Of a stretch of DNA of 58,989 bases, positions 28,124-37,704 are shown in pieces. A program made the position numbers and the translations under genes. The stretch is taken from positions 1 to 58,989 of the forward strand of contig JBMCVZ010000001.1 of NCBI GenBank assembly GCA_048621695.1, given 5' to 3'. Below the pieces are notes generated by a model that worked only from the letters and a program-made list of their open reading frames with translations, ran no database searches and was not told the DNA's origin. Within the stretch, counting starts at the first letter, position 1, and each line of letters starts with the position of its first letter. Source of the stretch: Chloroflexota bacterium (GTDB taxonomy: Bacteria; Chloroflexota; Dehalococcoidia; GIF9; AB-539-J10).

Positions 28124-29371
28124 ATGGAAGGCGAATTTCATGCAGATATAGGACCACAGTATGAAGGCGAGGTGATAAGGAAGGAAGACCTGTACATCGA
28201 GTTCGGTGGGCCAAAAGTAGCACATAAGTTTGAATTAGCAACAGTCAAAAGTCCTGATGAAATAGAGAATGAGAAAGTAGAGGTCATCGGCCCGGACATA
28301 GCTGATTTGAAACCTTACGATGCAGAAAAAGGCGGTGGCAGCTATCCTATTGGTATTCTGGTAGACGTTGCCGGAGGGGAATTGGACAAGGATGCCGAAG
28401 CCATCATTGAAAGAAGGATTCATATGTTCACCAATATGATTGAGGGTTGGTATCACATGAATCAGAGGCAGGATGTATGGATGAGGATAAATAAGGATGC
28501 CTATAAAAAGGGCTTTACTTCCCTGCGAGAACTGGGAGAAATTTATGTCTTGCTTTATACATCGGAAATGCCAATCATTGAGAGCATCCAGGTAACTATT
28601 ATCACCGATGAAAAGAAGATAGAAGAGCTTCTTCCCCACGCTTTGGAAGTTTATGCTGCCAGGGATGAACGTGCGAGGACCTTGAATGATGAGGATGTGG
28701 ATACCTTTTACGGCTGCGTTTTATGCCAGAGCTTCGCGCCAACGCATGTCTCTATCATAACTCCAAATAGAATTGCCAACTGTGGAGCGATAAACTGGTT
28801 CGACGGCAGAGCCGCTGCCAAGATTGACCCTGATGGGCCCATATTTGCCATACCAAAGGGAGAGCTTGTAGATTCGGTAAGAGGTGAATATTCAGGAGCG
28901 AATGCAGTTGAAGCTGAAAAATCTCTGGGAAACTACGATAGAGTATATCTCTATAGTGCATTTGAGCACCCCCATACATCTTGTGGCTGTTTCGAAGCAA
29001 TTGTATATTACATTCCCGAAACGGATGCCTTTGGAGTAGTGCATAGAGAATACAAGGGCGAAACTGTAATTGGAGAGACATTTTCCCATATGGCTGGTGA
29101 AACTTCTGGGGGAAAACAAATAGAGGGAAGATTGGGAACTGGACTGGAGCAATTGAGGTCTCCCAAGTTCATCCAGGCGGATGGTGGTCTGGCCAGAATA
29201 GTGTGGATGCCCAAGGAGCTAAAGGAAAGATTTAAAGATGCTCTGGAGGCGAAGGGACTCTACGACAAAATAGCCAGCGAGGATGACGCTAAAAATGTGG
29301 ATGAGCTTCTAGAGTTCTTAGAAAAAGCGGGCCATCCCTGGTTAAAAGGGGAAGTACAACTGCCAACATAA
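28124..29371 (+). CDS. cdhC: ACDS beta subunit (acetyl-CoA synthase, A-cluster), short archaeal-type form
   Basis: The motifs FYGCVLCQSFAPTHVSIITPNRIANCGAINWFDGRAA and HTSCGCFEA (Cys-Gly-Cys Ni site) are present. At 415 aa it lacks the long N-terminal domain of bacterial AcsB. Confidence 0.9.
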   Translation: MEGEFHADIGPQYEGEVIRKEDLYIEFGGPKVAHKFELATVKSPDEIENEKVEVIGPDIADLKPYDAEKGGGSYPIGILVDVAGGELDKDAEAIIERRIHMFTNMIEGWYHMNQRQDVWMRINKDAYKKGFTSLRELGEIYVLLYTSEMPIIESIQVTIITDEKKIEELLPHALEVYAARDERARTLNDEDVDTFYGCVLCQSFAPTHVSIITPNRIANCGAINWFDGRAAAKIDPDGPIFAIPKGELVDSVRGEYSGANAVEAEKSLGNYDRVYLYSAFEHPHTSCGCFEAIVYYIPETDAFGVVHREYKGETVIGETFSHMAGETSGGKQIEGRLGTGLEQLRSPKFIQADGGLARIVWMPKELKERFKDALEAKGLYDKIASEDDAKNVDELLEFLEKAGHPWLKGEVQLPT

Positions 29372-29375
29372 ATAT

Positions 29376-29421
29376 TAGTCAGTAGTCAGTAGTCAGCTAA
29401 CTGAAAGCTGAAAGCTGATAG
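29376..29421. repeat. Two back-to-back heptamer triplets in the cdhC-cdhE spacer
   Basis: (TAGTCAG)x3 lies at 29376-29396, then CTAA, then CTGAAAG-CTGAAAG-CTGATAG at 29401-21. The complementary word CTGACTA recurs at 55464-55477 and 56214-56230. Confidence 0.8.
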
Positions 29422-29440
29422 CTATCTAAGGAGGTTTGTT

Positions 29441-30811
29441 ATGCCGATTGCAGGTTCTGAGATTGTCAAAATGCTTCCCGGAAGGAGACCGTGTAAGGAC
29501 TGTGGCTTCCCTACTTGTTTTGCCTTTGCCATGAAGCTAGCATCAGGTGGAACCACTGTGGACAAATGCCCTTACCTCTCCGAGGAGACAAAAGCCAAGT
29601 TACTGGACCTTCTGGCGCCGCCGATAAAGCTTGTTACTATAGGCTCCGGGGATAAAGCGGTGAAAATAGGGAACGAAGAAGTGATATATCGACATGAGAA
29701 AACATTTGTCCATTCACCAGGCATCGCCCTCCTTATCTCAGATAAAGAAGACAAAGCCAAAATCGAGGAGAAAATAAGAAAGATAAAGGAATTGCAGTTC
29801 CCCTGGGTTGGCGTAAATCTAGAAGCTGACCTCTTAGCACTTCTTTTTGAATCAGGGGACAAGGACAAGTTTTTGGCTTTGGTTAAGAAAGCGTATGATT
29901 CAACGGACACGGGCGTAATCCTAATCTCGGAAGACATGGACGCCTTATTTGCTGCAAGGGATATATGTGCGGACAGGCGCCCACTTATTTACCCCATAAC
30001 CAAAGAAAACATCGATGAGGCCATTCCGAAGATTAAAGCAAATCTTACTCCCGTTGGCCTTCGTGGCCACAGTGTTGAAGAACTTGTCCCTCTAACCACC
30101 AAATTAAAAGATGCCGGGATTGAGGAACTTGTTTTAGACCCTGGCTCTAAGAATTTACTGGAGGCAATAAGAGACCAGACTTTTATCAGGAAGGCAGCGC
30201 TAAAGCAAGGTTTCAAGCCTCTTGGTTATCCCACTATTGGCCTTCCTTGCTTCATGGCCAAAGATGGGCTGAGGGAAATGCTAGTGGGCTCGACATTTAT
30301 AAATAAATGGGCCAGCATTATTGTCTTTTCTGATTTCGACCAGCATTCGCTGTTGCCTATTCTAGTGCAACGGCTTAACATCTATACCGATCCTCGTTTT
30401 CCTATGGCGGTGGAGGAGAAGTATTATGAGGTGGGAGAACCTGATGAATCCTCCCCGGTCCTTGTAACTTCGAACTGGGCTTTGACCTACTTCCTTGTCT
30501 CATCAGCTGTTGAGGCTACCAAAGTTCCTGCTTACGTTTGTGTTAAGGATGCGGAAGGACTTGGTGTCCTTACTGCCTGGGCGGCAGGTAAGTTTAGCGG
30601 CGATTCCGTAGGAACATTTATCAAGAAATGTGGCATCGAGGATAAGGTAAAACATAGAAAATTAGTTATCCCAGGGAAAGTGGCCAGAATCAAGGGTGAG
30701 CTTGAAGATGCTCTGGATCTTAAGTGGGAGATACTAATCGGTCCCCGGGAAACTACGGGAATAGGAGCTTTCCTGCCTGGGTTTGCTAAGCAACTTAAAG
30801 GCCAGTCCTGA
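29441..30811 (+). CDS. cdhE: ACDS gamma subunit / corrinoid Fe-S protein large subunit
   Basis: The N-terminal [4Fe-4S] motif is CKDCGFPTCFAFAMKLASGGTTVDKCPY. The length is 456 aa. An AGGAGG RBS is present. Confidence 0.85.
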   Translation: MPIAGSEIVKMLPGRRPCKDCGFPTCFAFAMKLASGGTTVDKCPYLSEETKAKLLDLLAPPIKLVTIGSGDKAVKIGNEEVIYRHEKTFVHSPGIALLISDKEDKAKIEEKIRKIKELQFPWVGVNLEADLLALLFESGDKDKFLALVKKAYDSTDTGVILISEDMDALFAARDICADRRPLIYPITKENIDEAIPKIKANLTPVGLRGHSVEELVPLTTKLKDAGIEELVLDPGSKNLLEAIRDQTFIRKAALKQGFKPLGYPTIGLPCFMAKDGLREMLVGSTFINKWASIIVFSDFDQHSLLPILVQRLNIYTDPRFPMAVEEKYYEVGEPDESSPVLVTSNWALTYFLVSSAVEATKVPAYVCVKDAEGLGVLTAWAAGKFSGDSVGTFIKKCGIEDKVKHRKLVIPGKVARIKGELEDALDLKWEILIGPRETTGIGAFLPGFAKQLKGQS

Positions 30812-30824
30812 GCTTGTCGAAGGA

Positions 30825-31316
30825 ATGATTACAGAGGAGCAAGCTAGCCAAGTAGTAGCTGATATTTTAAGCTCACATAAAAAAGAGAGGAAAAATTTAA
30901 TCCCACTATTGCAAGAGGTTCAGACAAGCCTGGGGTACCTACCCAGGGAAGCGATGCAAAAAATCGCTGGTTTCTTGGAGATGCCAGAGGTTGAGGTTTG
31001 GGGGGTTGCTACTTTCTATAATCAGTTTCGCTTTGTTCCGTTAGGAAAACGCCACACTGTGGTTTGTATGGGAACTGCCTGTCACTTAGCGGGGGGTAAA
31101 CTTATTTTGGATGCACTGGAACGCGAGTTGGATATCAAAGTAGGAGAGACTTCCGAGGATGGTAATTTTAGCTTGGAAAGGGTCGCTTGTATTGGATGTT
31201 GCATGCTTGCTCCCGTGATTGTAATAGGGGATAAAATTCATCCCAAAATGACTCCTTTTAAAGTGGAGGAGGCTTTAGTACCTTATAAACAAGAACCTCA
31301 GAACGAGAAGAGTTAA
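30825..31316 (+). CDS. NuoE/HydC-like [2Fe-2S] thioredoxin-fold subunit (copy 1)
   Basis: The motifs are LIPLLQEVQTSLGYLPREAMQKIA, VATFYNQFRF, CMGTACHLAGG and CIGCCMLAPV. I prefer the ATG at 30825 because the track start at 30783 overlaps cdhE. Confidence 0.85.
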   Translation: MITEEQASQVVADILSSHKKERKNLIPLLQEVQTSLGYLPREAMQKIAGFLEMPEVEVWGVATFYNQFRFVPLGKRHTVVCMGTACHLAGGKLILDALERELDIKVGETSEDGNFSLERVACIGCCMLAPVIVIGDKIHPKMTPFKVEEALVPYKQEPQNEKS

Positions 31317-31353
31317 GACAGACTCCTACGCCGCCTTTTTCTGTCTCAATCTC

Positions 31354-33267
31354 ATGTGTAGCATGGCTTTCGAGGAAATTAATAATCAAGCGAAGTCGGA
31401 ATGGGAAGCTCTGCAGAAAGGGAGCTATATCCTTATAGGTACAGCTACTTGTGGTCGGGCAGCGGGCGCCTTGGATGTAGTTGATGCCTTTAGCAAGGAA
31501 CTGGTGGGGAGGGGTCTGAAAGTCCCGATTATCCAGACTGGCTGCATAGAGTTATGCTATGCCGATCCCCTGGTTACTATATGTAAGCCCGATTCTCTTC
31601 GCGTCGTGTATAACAATGTAACTCCGGATGTTGTACCCCGCCTTGTGGAAGGCTACATTGTGGGCGATGACCCTTGCCTTGAGCTTGCCTTAGGCACACT
31701 TGAAGGAGACAGCGAAGAAGGTGTTTACATTCCAGAACTTCCCCGGTTTGAACATGAGCTTCGCCTTATACTGGGCCGCTGTGGCTACATTGATCCTGAG
31801 AACATAAACCACTATATCGCCAATGGTGGTTATAGCGGTTTGGAGAAAGCGTTAAAGATGCCGCCGGCGAAGATAATTGGAGAACTGAAGAAATCTGGGT
31901 TGCGAGGGCGTGGAGGGGCTGGATTTCCTACGCACCGGAAGTGGGAGCTATGCCGTAAGGCTAAAAGCAGGCCAAAATATGTCATATGCAATGCTGATGA
32001 AGGAGACCCCGGTGCTTTTATGGACCGGGTCGTTTTGGAAAGCGATCCGCATCAAGTTATTGAGGGCATGATTATTGCTGGCTATACCATAGGCGCTGGG
32101 CAAGGCTATATCTATGTCCGTGCTGAATACCCTTTAGCTATTGAACGTATCCAGATTGCCTTAAAGCAAGCCGAGGAGTTCGGTTTCTTGGGAGATAATA
32201 TCTTAGGTAGTGATTTTAGGTTTCACATCGAGATAGCAGCGGGAGCAGGTGCTTTTGTCTCTGGCGAAGAGACGGCTCTAATGGCAGCTGTTGAAGGAAA
32301 AATGAGCACGCCTAGGCCAAGACCACCTTATCCTGTTGAGCTTGGATTATGGAATAAACCTACCCTGTTAAACAATGTGAAGACCTTTGCTTATGTGCCT
32401 TTGATAATCAAGCGAGGGGGTGATTGGTTTGCCTCCATCGGCAGTGAGGGAAGCAAAGGCACGGCAGTGTTTACCCTGGCAGGCAAAGTCACCGATTCGG
32501 GATTGGCTGAAGTGCCTATGGGAACAACACTTCGTGAGCTTATTTATGATATCGGTGGTGGAATTGCTAAAGATAAACAGTTTAAAGCAGTACAGATAGG
32601 AGGACCCTCGGGAGGTTGTCTCCCCGAGACTTTGCTTGACATACCCATCGATTATGATTCCCTTCGAGAGGCTGGCTCAATGATGGGCTCAGGGGGTATG
32701 ATTGTCATGGATGAAGATAACTGCATGGTCGATGCCGCGAGGTTTTTTCTTGATTTCTCTACCAAGGAATCCTGTGGTAAATGCACCATGTGTCGCTTAG
32801 GCACTTTGCAGATGCTACACATTCTAGAGGATATCACGGCTGGTCGAGGTAAAATAGAGGATGTCGATCTTCTCCTCACGTTAGCCGAGGATGTCAAGAT
32901 AGGCTCGCTCTGCGGCCTAGGAAAAACAGCCCCAAATCCTGTCCTCACAACCCTGCGCTATTTCCGGGACGAATATGAAGCTCATGTCTTAGAGAAGCAC
33001 TGCCCTGCCAGAGTATGTCCTGAACTCACTGTATATTATATCCTTCCCGATAAGTGTGATAGAGCCTGTGAGCATTGTGTTTTGACCTGTCCCACAGAAG
33101 CAATTAAGGGTGGTAAAGGGGAAGTAAAAATCATAGACCAGGAAAAGTGCTCTAAGTGTGGTACATGCTTGGAAGTCTGCCCACCAGAGTATGATGCAGT
33201 GGTGAAGCTATCGCCTGTTAGCTCGCTGCCTTCCGAGAATTTATCTGAGAAGGGGGCTAAGAAATGA
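31354..33267 (+). CDS. NuoF/HydB-like NAD(P)H-binding FMN flavoprotein with N-terminal thioredoxin-like domain and C-terminal 2x[4Fe-4S] (copy 1)
   Basis: The motifs are GLRGRGGAGFPT, CNADEGDPGAFMDR, ESCGKCTMCRLG, and terminal ferredoxin motifs (CEHCVLTCP, CSKCGTCLEVCP). The length is 637 aa. Confidence 0.9.
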   Translation: MCSMAFEEINNQAKSEWEALQKGSYILIGTATCGRAAGALDVVDAFSKELVGRGLKVPIIQTGCIELCYADPLVTICKPDSLRVVYNNVTPDVVPRLVEGYIVGDDPCLELALGTLEGDSEEGVYIPELPRFEHELRLILGRCGYIDPENINHYIANGGYSGLEKALKMPPAKIIGELKKSGLRGRGGAGFPTHRKWELCRKAKSRPKYVICNADEGDPGAFMDRVVLESDPHQVIEGMIIAGYTIGAGQGYIYVRAEYPLAIERIQIALKQAEEFGFLGDNILGSDFRFHIEIAAGAGAFVSGEETALMAAVEGKMSTPRPRPPYPVELGLWNKPTLLNNVKTFAYVPLIIKRGGDWFASIGSEGSKGTAVFTLAGKVTDSGLAEVPMGTTLRELIYDIGGGIAKDKQFKAVQIGGPSGGCLPETLLDIPIDYDSLREAGSMMGSGGMIVMDEDNCMVDAARFFLDFSTKESCGKCTMCRLGTLQMLHILEDITAGRGKIEDVDLLLTLAEDVKIGSLCGLGKTAPNPVLTTLRYFRDEYEAHVLEKHCPARVCPELTVYYILPDKCDRACEHCVLTCPTEAIKGGKGEVKIIDQEKCSKCGTCLEVCPPEYDAVVKLSPVSSLPSENLSEKGAKK

Positions 33268-34031
33268 CCAAAACGGTTGCTATCGCAGGAAAAGGAGGTA
33301 CAGGTAAGACCACCATTGCTGCCTTATTAATCAAGCTACTTTCGCAAAAAGGGTTGGTGCTGGCTGTAGATGCTGACCCAAGTACGAATCTTAACCAGGC
33401 GCTGGGCTTGTCTCTGGAGGATAATAAGACTGTGGGCAGAATACGGGAAAAGATGACCGAGGATGTCTCTAAGGGTCGCTTTAGCCCCACCATTGCCAAG
33501 CAGGAATATCTATTTGGTGAGATAATGGAATCTTTAGTGGAGTCCAAGGGCTTTGATCTTTTAGCCATGGGACGTCCAGAAGGGCCTGGATGCTATTGTG
33601 CCTCTAATGAGTTTTTGCGCGTCTCATTAGATAAGCTAGTGAAAGATTATAAGTATAATTATATTGTTATGGACTGTGAGGCAGGCATGGAACACATTAG
33701 TCGCCAAACAACCAGGGATGTGGATGTATTGCTTATTATGTCTGACCCTACCATAAGAGGCATCACCACAGCTGCGCGTATGAAAGACCTCATTGGGGAA
33801 CTAAGGTCAAAGATAGACAAAGTCGGGCTTATAGTCAATCGTGTCAAAGGTGAGTTATCTCCAGAGATAAAAAAGGCAATCGATGAATCTGGCCTTCAGG
33901 TTATTGCACTTATACCAGAAGACTCTAATATGGCGGGTCTAGAAATGACGGGAAGACCCATCACTGAACTCCCCGGTGAATCTCCACTTCAATTGAAGGT
34001 CAAGGAGATGATTGACGGCTTGGGTTTATGA
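33264..34031 (+). CDS. cooC: CODH/ACS nickel-insertion ATPase CooC/AcsF family
   Basis: It has the deviant Walker A AIAGKGGTGKTT and the CxC metal motif (GPGCYCASN). It overlaps the nuoF-like stop by 4 nt (ATGA). Confidence 0.85.
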   Translation: MTKTVAIAGKGGTGKTTIAALLIKLLSQKGLVLAVDADPSTNLNQALGLSLEDNKTVGRIREKMTEDVSKGRFSPTIAKQEYLFGEIMESLVESKGFDLLAMGRPEGPGCYCASNEFLRVSLDKLVKDYKYNYIVMDCEAGMEHISRQTTRDVDVLLIMSDPTIRGITTAARMKDLIGELRSKIDKVGLIVNRVKGELSPEIKKAIDESGLQVIALIPEDSNMAGLEMTGRPITELPGESPLQLKVKEMIDGLGL

Positions 34032-34095
34032 TTGAGGAAATATCCTCCCGTGGTGGAGGATTTGCAAAAATAAGTCGAAAGGCAGGTAAGGACTT

Positions 34096-34959
34096 ATGGA
34101 TACAAAAGAATACCCGGCGATATGGTTGCAGACCGCTGGATGTACTGGGTGCTCAGTCTCTCTTCTCAACGTTATAAATCCCTCTATTAAAAATCTTTTG
34201 GTTGATGAAGTACTCCCAGGCAGTCATGTGAATCTAAGATTTCACCCTACTGTCATGGCGGGTTCGGGGGAGCCTGCCATCGAAGTTATGGTGGGTACTT
34301 CAGGGAAGAAAAAGGGAGGTTACATCCTGATTATAGAAGGGGCTATACCTACCGCTAAAGGTGGTATCCATGGAATCGTTGGTGAAAAGGATGGTAAGCC
34401 AATGACCATGAAATCATGGGTGGAAACATTAGCCAAGGATGCCCTGGCCGTCATTGCTTTGGGTAGCTGTGCTGCTTTTGGGGGAATTCCCGCTGCGTAT
34501 CCCAACCCTACCCAATGTCGCAGCGTCGGAGAGGTTGTTCAAGCCAAAGGCATCAGCACTCCGGTGGTAAATATCCCTGGTTGTCCACCACACCCTGACT
34601 GGTTTGTAGGCACAGTGGCAACCATCCTGCTTTCTAGTCTGCCCAAACCAGAGGATTTGGATGAACATAGTCGTCCTAAGGCTTTCTACGGGCAAACAAT
34701 CCACGAGAACTGTCCACGGCGAGCTTACTATGATGAAAACAAGTTTGCCAAGAAATTCGGCGAGCCCGGGTGTAATTATGAATTAGGATGCAGGGGGCCT
34801 ATAACCCACGCCGATTGTCCTCTGAGGTTGTGGAACAATAAAGTGAACTGGTGTGTTGGTTGTGGTGCCACTTGTATTGGCTGTACCGAGCCTGAATTCT
34901 TTGACATATCCCCGCTTTATGAAAAAGTGAGCGAAGCTGCTCTGCCAGAGGAGGTTTGA
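34096..34959 (+). CDS. [NiFe]-hydrogenase small subunit, cytoplasmic (no twin-arginine signal)
   Basis: The N-terminus is MDTKEYPAIWLQTAGCTGCSVSLLN. There are proximal, medial and distal cluster Cys motifs (GSCAAFGG, PGCPP, CPRRAYY..C..C, CVGCGATCIGCTEP). No RRxF leader is present. Confidence 0.85.
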   Translation: MDTKEYPAIWLQTAGCTGCSVSLLNVINPSIKNLLVDEVLPGSHVNLRFHPTVMAGSGEPAIEVMVGTSGKKKGGYILIIEGAIPTAKGGIHGIVGEKDGKPMTMKSWVETLAKDALAVIALGSCAAFGGIPAAYPNPTQCRSVGEVVQAKGISTPVVNIPGCPPHPDWFVGTVATILLSSLPKPEDLDEHSRPKAFYGQTIHENCPRRAYYDENKFAKKFGEPGCNYELGCRGPITHADCPLRLWNNKVNWCVGCGATCIGCTEPEFFDISPLYEKVSEAALPEEV

Positions 34960-34963
34960 ATCA

Positions 34964-36523
34964 ATGGGCAAGATCACAATTGATCCAGTAAGTCGTATTG
35001 AAGGACATCTTAAGGTGGAGGTCGTGGTTGAGGGTGGTAAGGTGAAAGAGGCCAAAAGTTCAGGAACGCTGTTCCGCGGCTTAGAGCTGATCATGAGAGG
35101 CAGGGATCCCCGTGATGCCCAGCGGATAGCTCAGCGTATCTGTGGAGTTTGCCCTACAAGCCATTCTACTGCCGCCGCTTTAAACCTGGATAGTGCTTTC
35201 GGCATCGCTGACAAAATCCCTGATAACGGAAGAACTATTCGTAATCTAATTCTGGGTGCAGCTCATATTGCTGACCACATCCTTCATTTCTACCATTTGG
35301 TGGCTCTTGATTATGTAGATGTGGCCAGGTTAGCAAAATACGAGGGGAATAATTCCACCTTAAACTCAATAAAAAACTTTATTGAACGAGGTGAATTAGG
35401 TCCTTTTGTACCTCGTTACGAAGGTGATTATCGGCTGCCGGATGAAGCTAATGAACAAGCAGTAGCTCACTACGTCTCGGCATTTGACATGCGTCGTAAG
35501 GGCCAGGAGATGCTTGCCCTGTTTGGCGGCAAGATGCCTCACAATATGGGCGTAATGCCAGGCGGAGTTGCCTCTATACCCACGGTTGATAATATGACAT
35601 CCTTCTTGTGGAGATTGAAGGAGCTTCAGGAGTTTATTGATAATGTTTACCTCCCCGATGTGCTGGCAGTAGCCCGGGTTTACTCGGATTACTTTGAGAT
35701 TGGCCACGGCTGCGATAATCTACTTGCTTATGGTTCTTATGAGCTGGATGGGAAAGAAGCTGACCTTACCAAGAGAAAAAGATTTTTTAAGCCAGGTATA
35801 ACCTCTACCAGTCTCAGGTTTAATGAATTTGATCCGGCTAAAATCACCGAGGAAGTGAAACATTCCTGGTATGCCAATTCTATCAGCGGCAAACATCCCT
35901 CCCAGGGAGATGTTGTTCTTGATGAAGAGAAGGAGGGAGCTTATTCCTGGCTGAAGTCACCTCGTTATGGTAAAGCAGTTTTCGAAGTTGGACCATTGGC
36001 CCGAATCATGGTCAACTATGCCAGTGGCGACCCGCGGGTCAAGAGCCTGGTTGATTCTGCCTTATCCCGGGCAGGCTTAACCCCCGGTAAGATGTTTTCT
36101 GTCATGGGGCGTAATCTTGCTCGAGCCTTGGAAACGAAACTCATAGCCGATGCTCTGGCAGACTGGGTTCTAGAGCTCAAGCCCGGTGAGCCAGCTTATA
36201 TAAGCTACGAACTCCCAGAAGAAGCCGCTGGAATGGGGCTGGTCGGTGCAGCCAGGGGTGCCCTAGGGCACTGGATAGAAATAAAGGAACGCAAGATTGC
36301 TAATTACCAGGTCATCACGCCTTCTACCTGGAATATTTCTCCCAAGGATGACGAAGACCAACCTGGACCCTTGGAGCAGTCTATGCTTGGAACTAGTATA
36401 AAGGATGAAGCTAATCCCTTTGAGATAGTGCGTATTGTGAGGTCTTTTGACCCTTGTCTCGCCTGTTCTGTACATTTGCTCAGTCCCAAAGGACATGACC
36501 TGGGGAAATTCAGGGTTTGTTAG
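34964..36523 (+). CDS. [NiFe]-hydrogenase large subunit (Cys-type)
   Basis: The N-terminal motifs are RIEGHLKVEV and QRICGVCPTSH. The C-terminal motif DPCLACSVH is followed by a 15-aa extension, the substrate for the maturation protease. Confidence 0.92.
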   Translation: MGKITIDPVSRIEGHLKVEVVVEGGKVKEAKSSGTLFRGLELIMRGRDPRDAQRIAQRICGVCPTSHSTAAALNLDSAFGIADKIPDNGRTIRNLILGAAHIADHILHFYHLVALDYVDVARLAKYEGNNSTLNSIKNFIERGELGPFVPRYEGDYRLPDEANEQAVAHYVSAFDMRRKGQEMLALFGGKMPHNMGVMPGGVASIPTVDNMTSFLWRLKELQEFIDNVYLPDVLAVARVYSDYFEIGHGCDNLLAYGSYELDGKEADLTKRKRFFKPGITSTSLRFNEFDPAKITEEVKHSWYANSISGKHPSQGDVVLDEEKEGAYSWLKSPRYGKAVFEVGPLARIMVNYASGDPRVKSLVDSALSRAGLTPGKMFSVMGRNLARALETKLIADALADWVLELKPGEPAYISYELPEEAAGMGLVGAARGALGHWIEIKERKIANYQVITPSTWNISPKDDEDQPGPLEQSMLGTSIKDEANPFEIVRIVRSFDPCLACSVHLLSPKGHDLGKFRVC

Positions 36524-36548
36524 TAAAAATTTAGAGGAAATTTAAGGA

Positions 36549-37028
36549 ATGGGAAAATTTGTTCTGGGAATAGGGAATGCCTTATTAAGGGACGAAGGGA
36601 TTGGTTGTCATGTAACACATGCATTAGAGGAAATCCCTCTAACTGATGTAAAAATAATGGATGGTGGCACGTGCCCTGACATATTGCAGTTTCTTGAGAA
36701 TACTGACAAATTGATCATAGTAGATGCTGTTAAGGGTGGGGGAACGCCTGGACAAATTTACCGTTTTCATCTTGAAGACATAACTCTGGAGCAAAAGCCA
36801 TGTCTATCTCTTCACGATGTGGGCTTGGTGGAAAGCTTTGTGCTGATGCAGCTTTGGCACCCGGATTTTATGGGGATAAGTGAAGCCGTAATTATTGGAG
36901 TCGAGCCCAGGGAGATAGACTGGGGATTAGAACTATCGCCGGAACTCCAAGGGAAAATGCCTCAAATAATAGATACAATTCTGGCAGAGCTGAATAATAC
37001 GAATCCTAAAGGAGAGGTAAAATGTTGA
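36549..37028 (+). CDS. Hydrogenase maturation endopeptidase (HyaD/HoxW family)
   Basis: The GIGNALLRDEGIG, DGGT and IVDA motifs are present. The length is 159 aa. Confidence 0.85.
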   Translation: MGKFVLGIGNALLRDEGIGCHVTHALEEIPLTDVKIMDGGTCPDILQFLENTDKLIIVDAVKGGGTPGQIYRFHLEDITLEQKPCLSLHDVGLVESFVLMQLWHPDFMGISEAVIIGVEPREIDWGLELSPELQGKMPQIIDTILAELNNTNPKGEVKC

Positions 37029-37672
37029 TTTCAGAGCAAAAACCTATAGAAGAAATCCTGAGCTATCTCGACGTGGATAAGGATATATTTCTCATTGGCT
37101 GTAAGGCTTGTGCTGAGGGATGGGGGAGTGGGGGAGAAAAACAAGTAGCAGAAATGGGGAAAAGTCTGCAGGAGCAAGGCAAAAATATTACAGGTTCAGT
37201 AGTTGTCGATATGCTGTGCGATAGAGCGTTAACCAAGTTGAAGCTCAGAACCTACAAAAAGGAAATTGCTGCTGCTGATTCTGTCCTGGTTCTGACCGAT
37301 GGGGCTGGAGTGCAGACTGTAGCGGAAGTATTGGATAAGGCAGTACATCCTGGTTGCAACACTCTGTCCTCAGGTGGTTCCCACGCCGAGTGGAAAGAAG
37401 CGGAGCGCTGCCTTGAGTGTGGTGATTGTATGCTGGAGTTTACTGGCGGCATTTGCCCCATTGCTCGATGTTCCAAGCATCTGCTCAATGGTCCCTGTGG
37501 CGGCTCACAAGATGGTAAATGTGAAGTTGACCCTGATATACCATGTGTCTGGCAGCAGATCATCGATCGCCTTACCAGACTAGGACAGCTTGATAAATTA
37601 GAGAGGCTTGTGACACCGAAGAATTGGAGCGTGAGCCTTACATCAGGGCCACCTGTGAAGAGGTTTCCCTAG
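37022..37672 (+). CDS. metV: Methylene-THF reductase small, Cys-rich subunit MetV (MTHFR C-terminal-like domain protein)
   Basis: The motif is CLECGDCMLEFTGGICPIARCSKHLLNGPCGGSQDGKCEV. It overlaps the protease gene by 7 nt and sits immediately upstream of metF. Confidence 0.8.
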   Translation: MLISEQKPIEEILSYLDVDKDIFLIGCKACAEGWGSGGEKQVAEMGKSLQEQGKNITGSVVVDMLCDRALTKLKLRTYKKEIAAADSVLVLTDGAGVQTVAEVLDKAVHPGCNTLSSGGSHAEWKEAERCLECGDCMLEFTGGICPIARCSKHLLNGPCGGSQDGKCEVDPDIPCVWQQIIDRLTRLGQLDKLERLVTPKNWSVSLTSGPPVKRFP

Positions 37673-37704
37673 ATGTGACTATGAGTTAAACAATTGGAGG
37701 CGTA

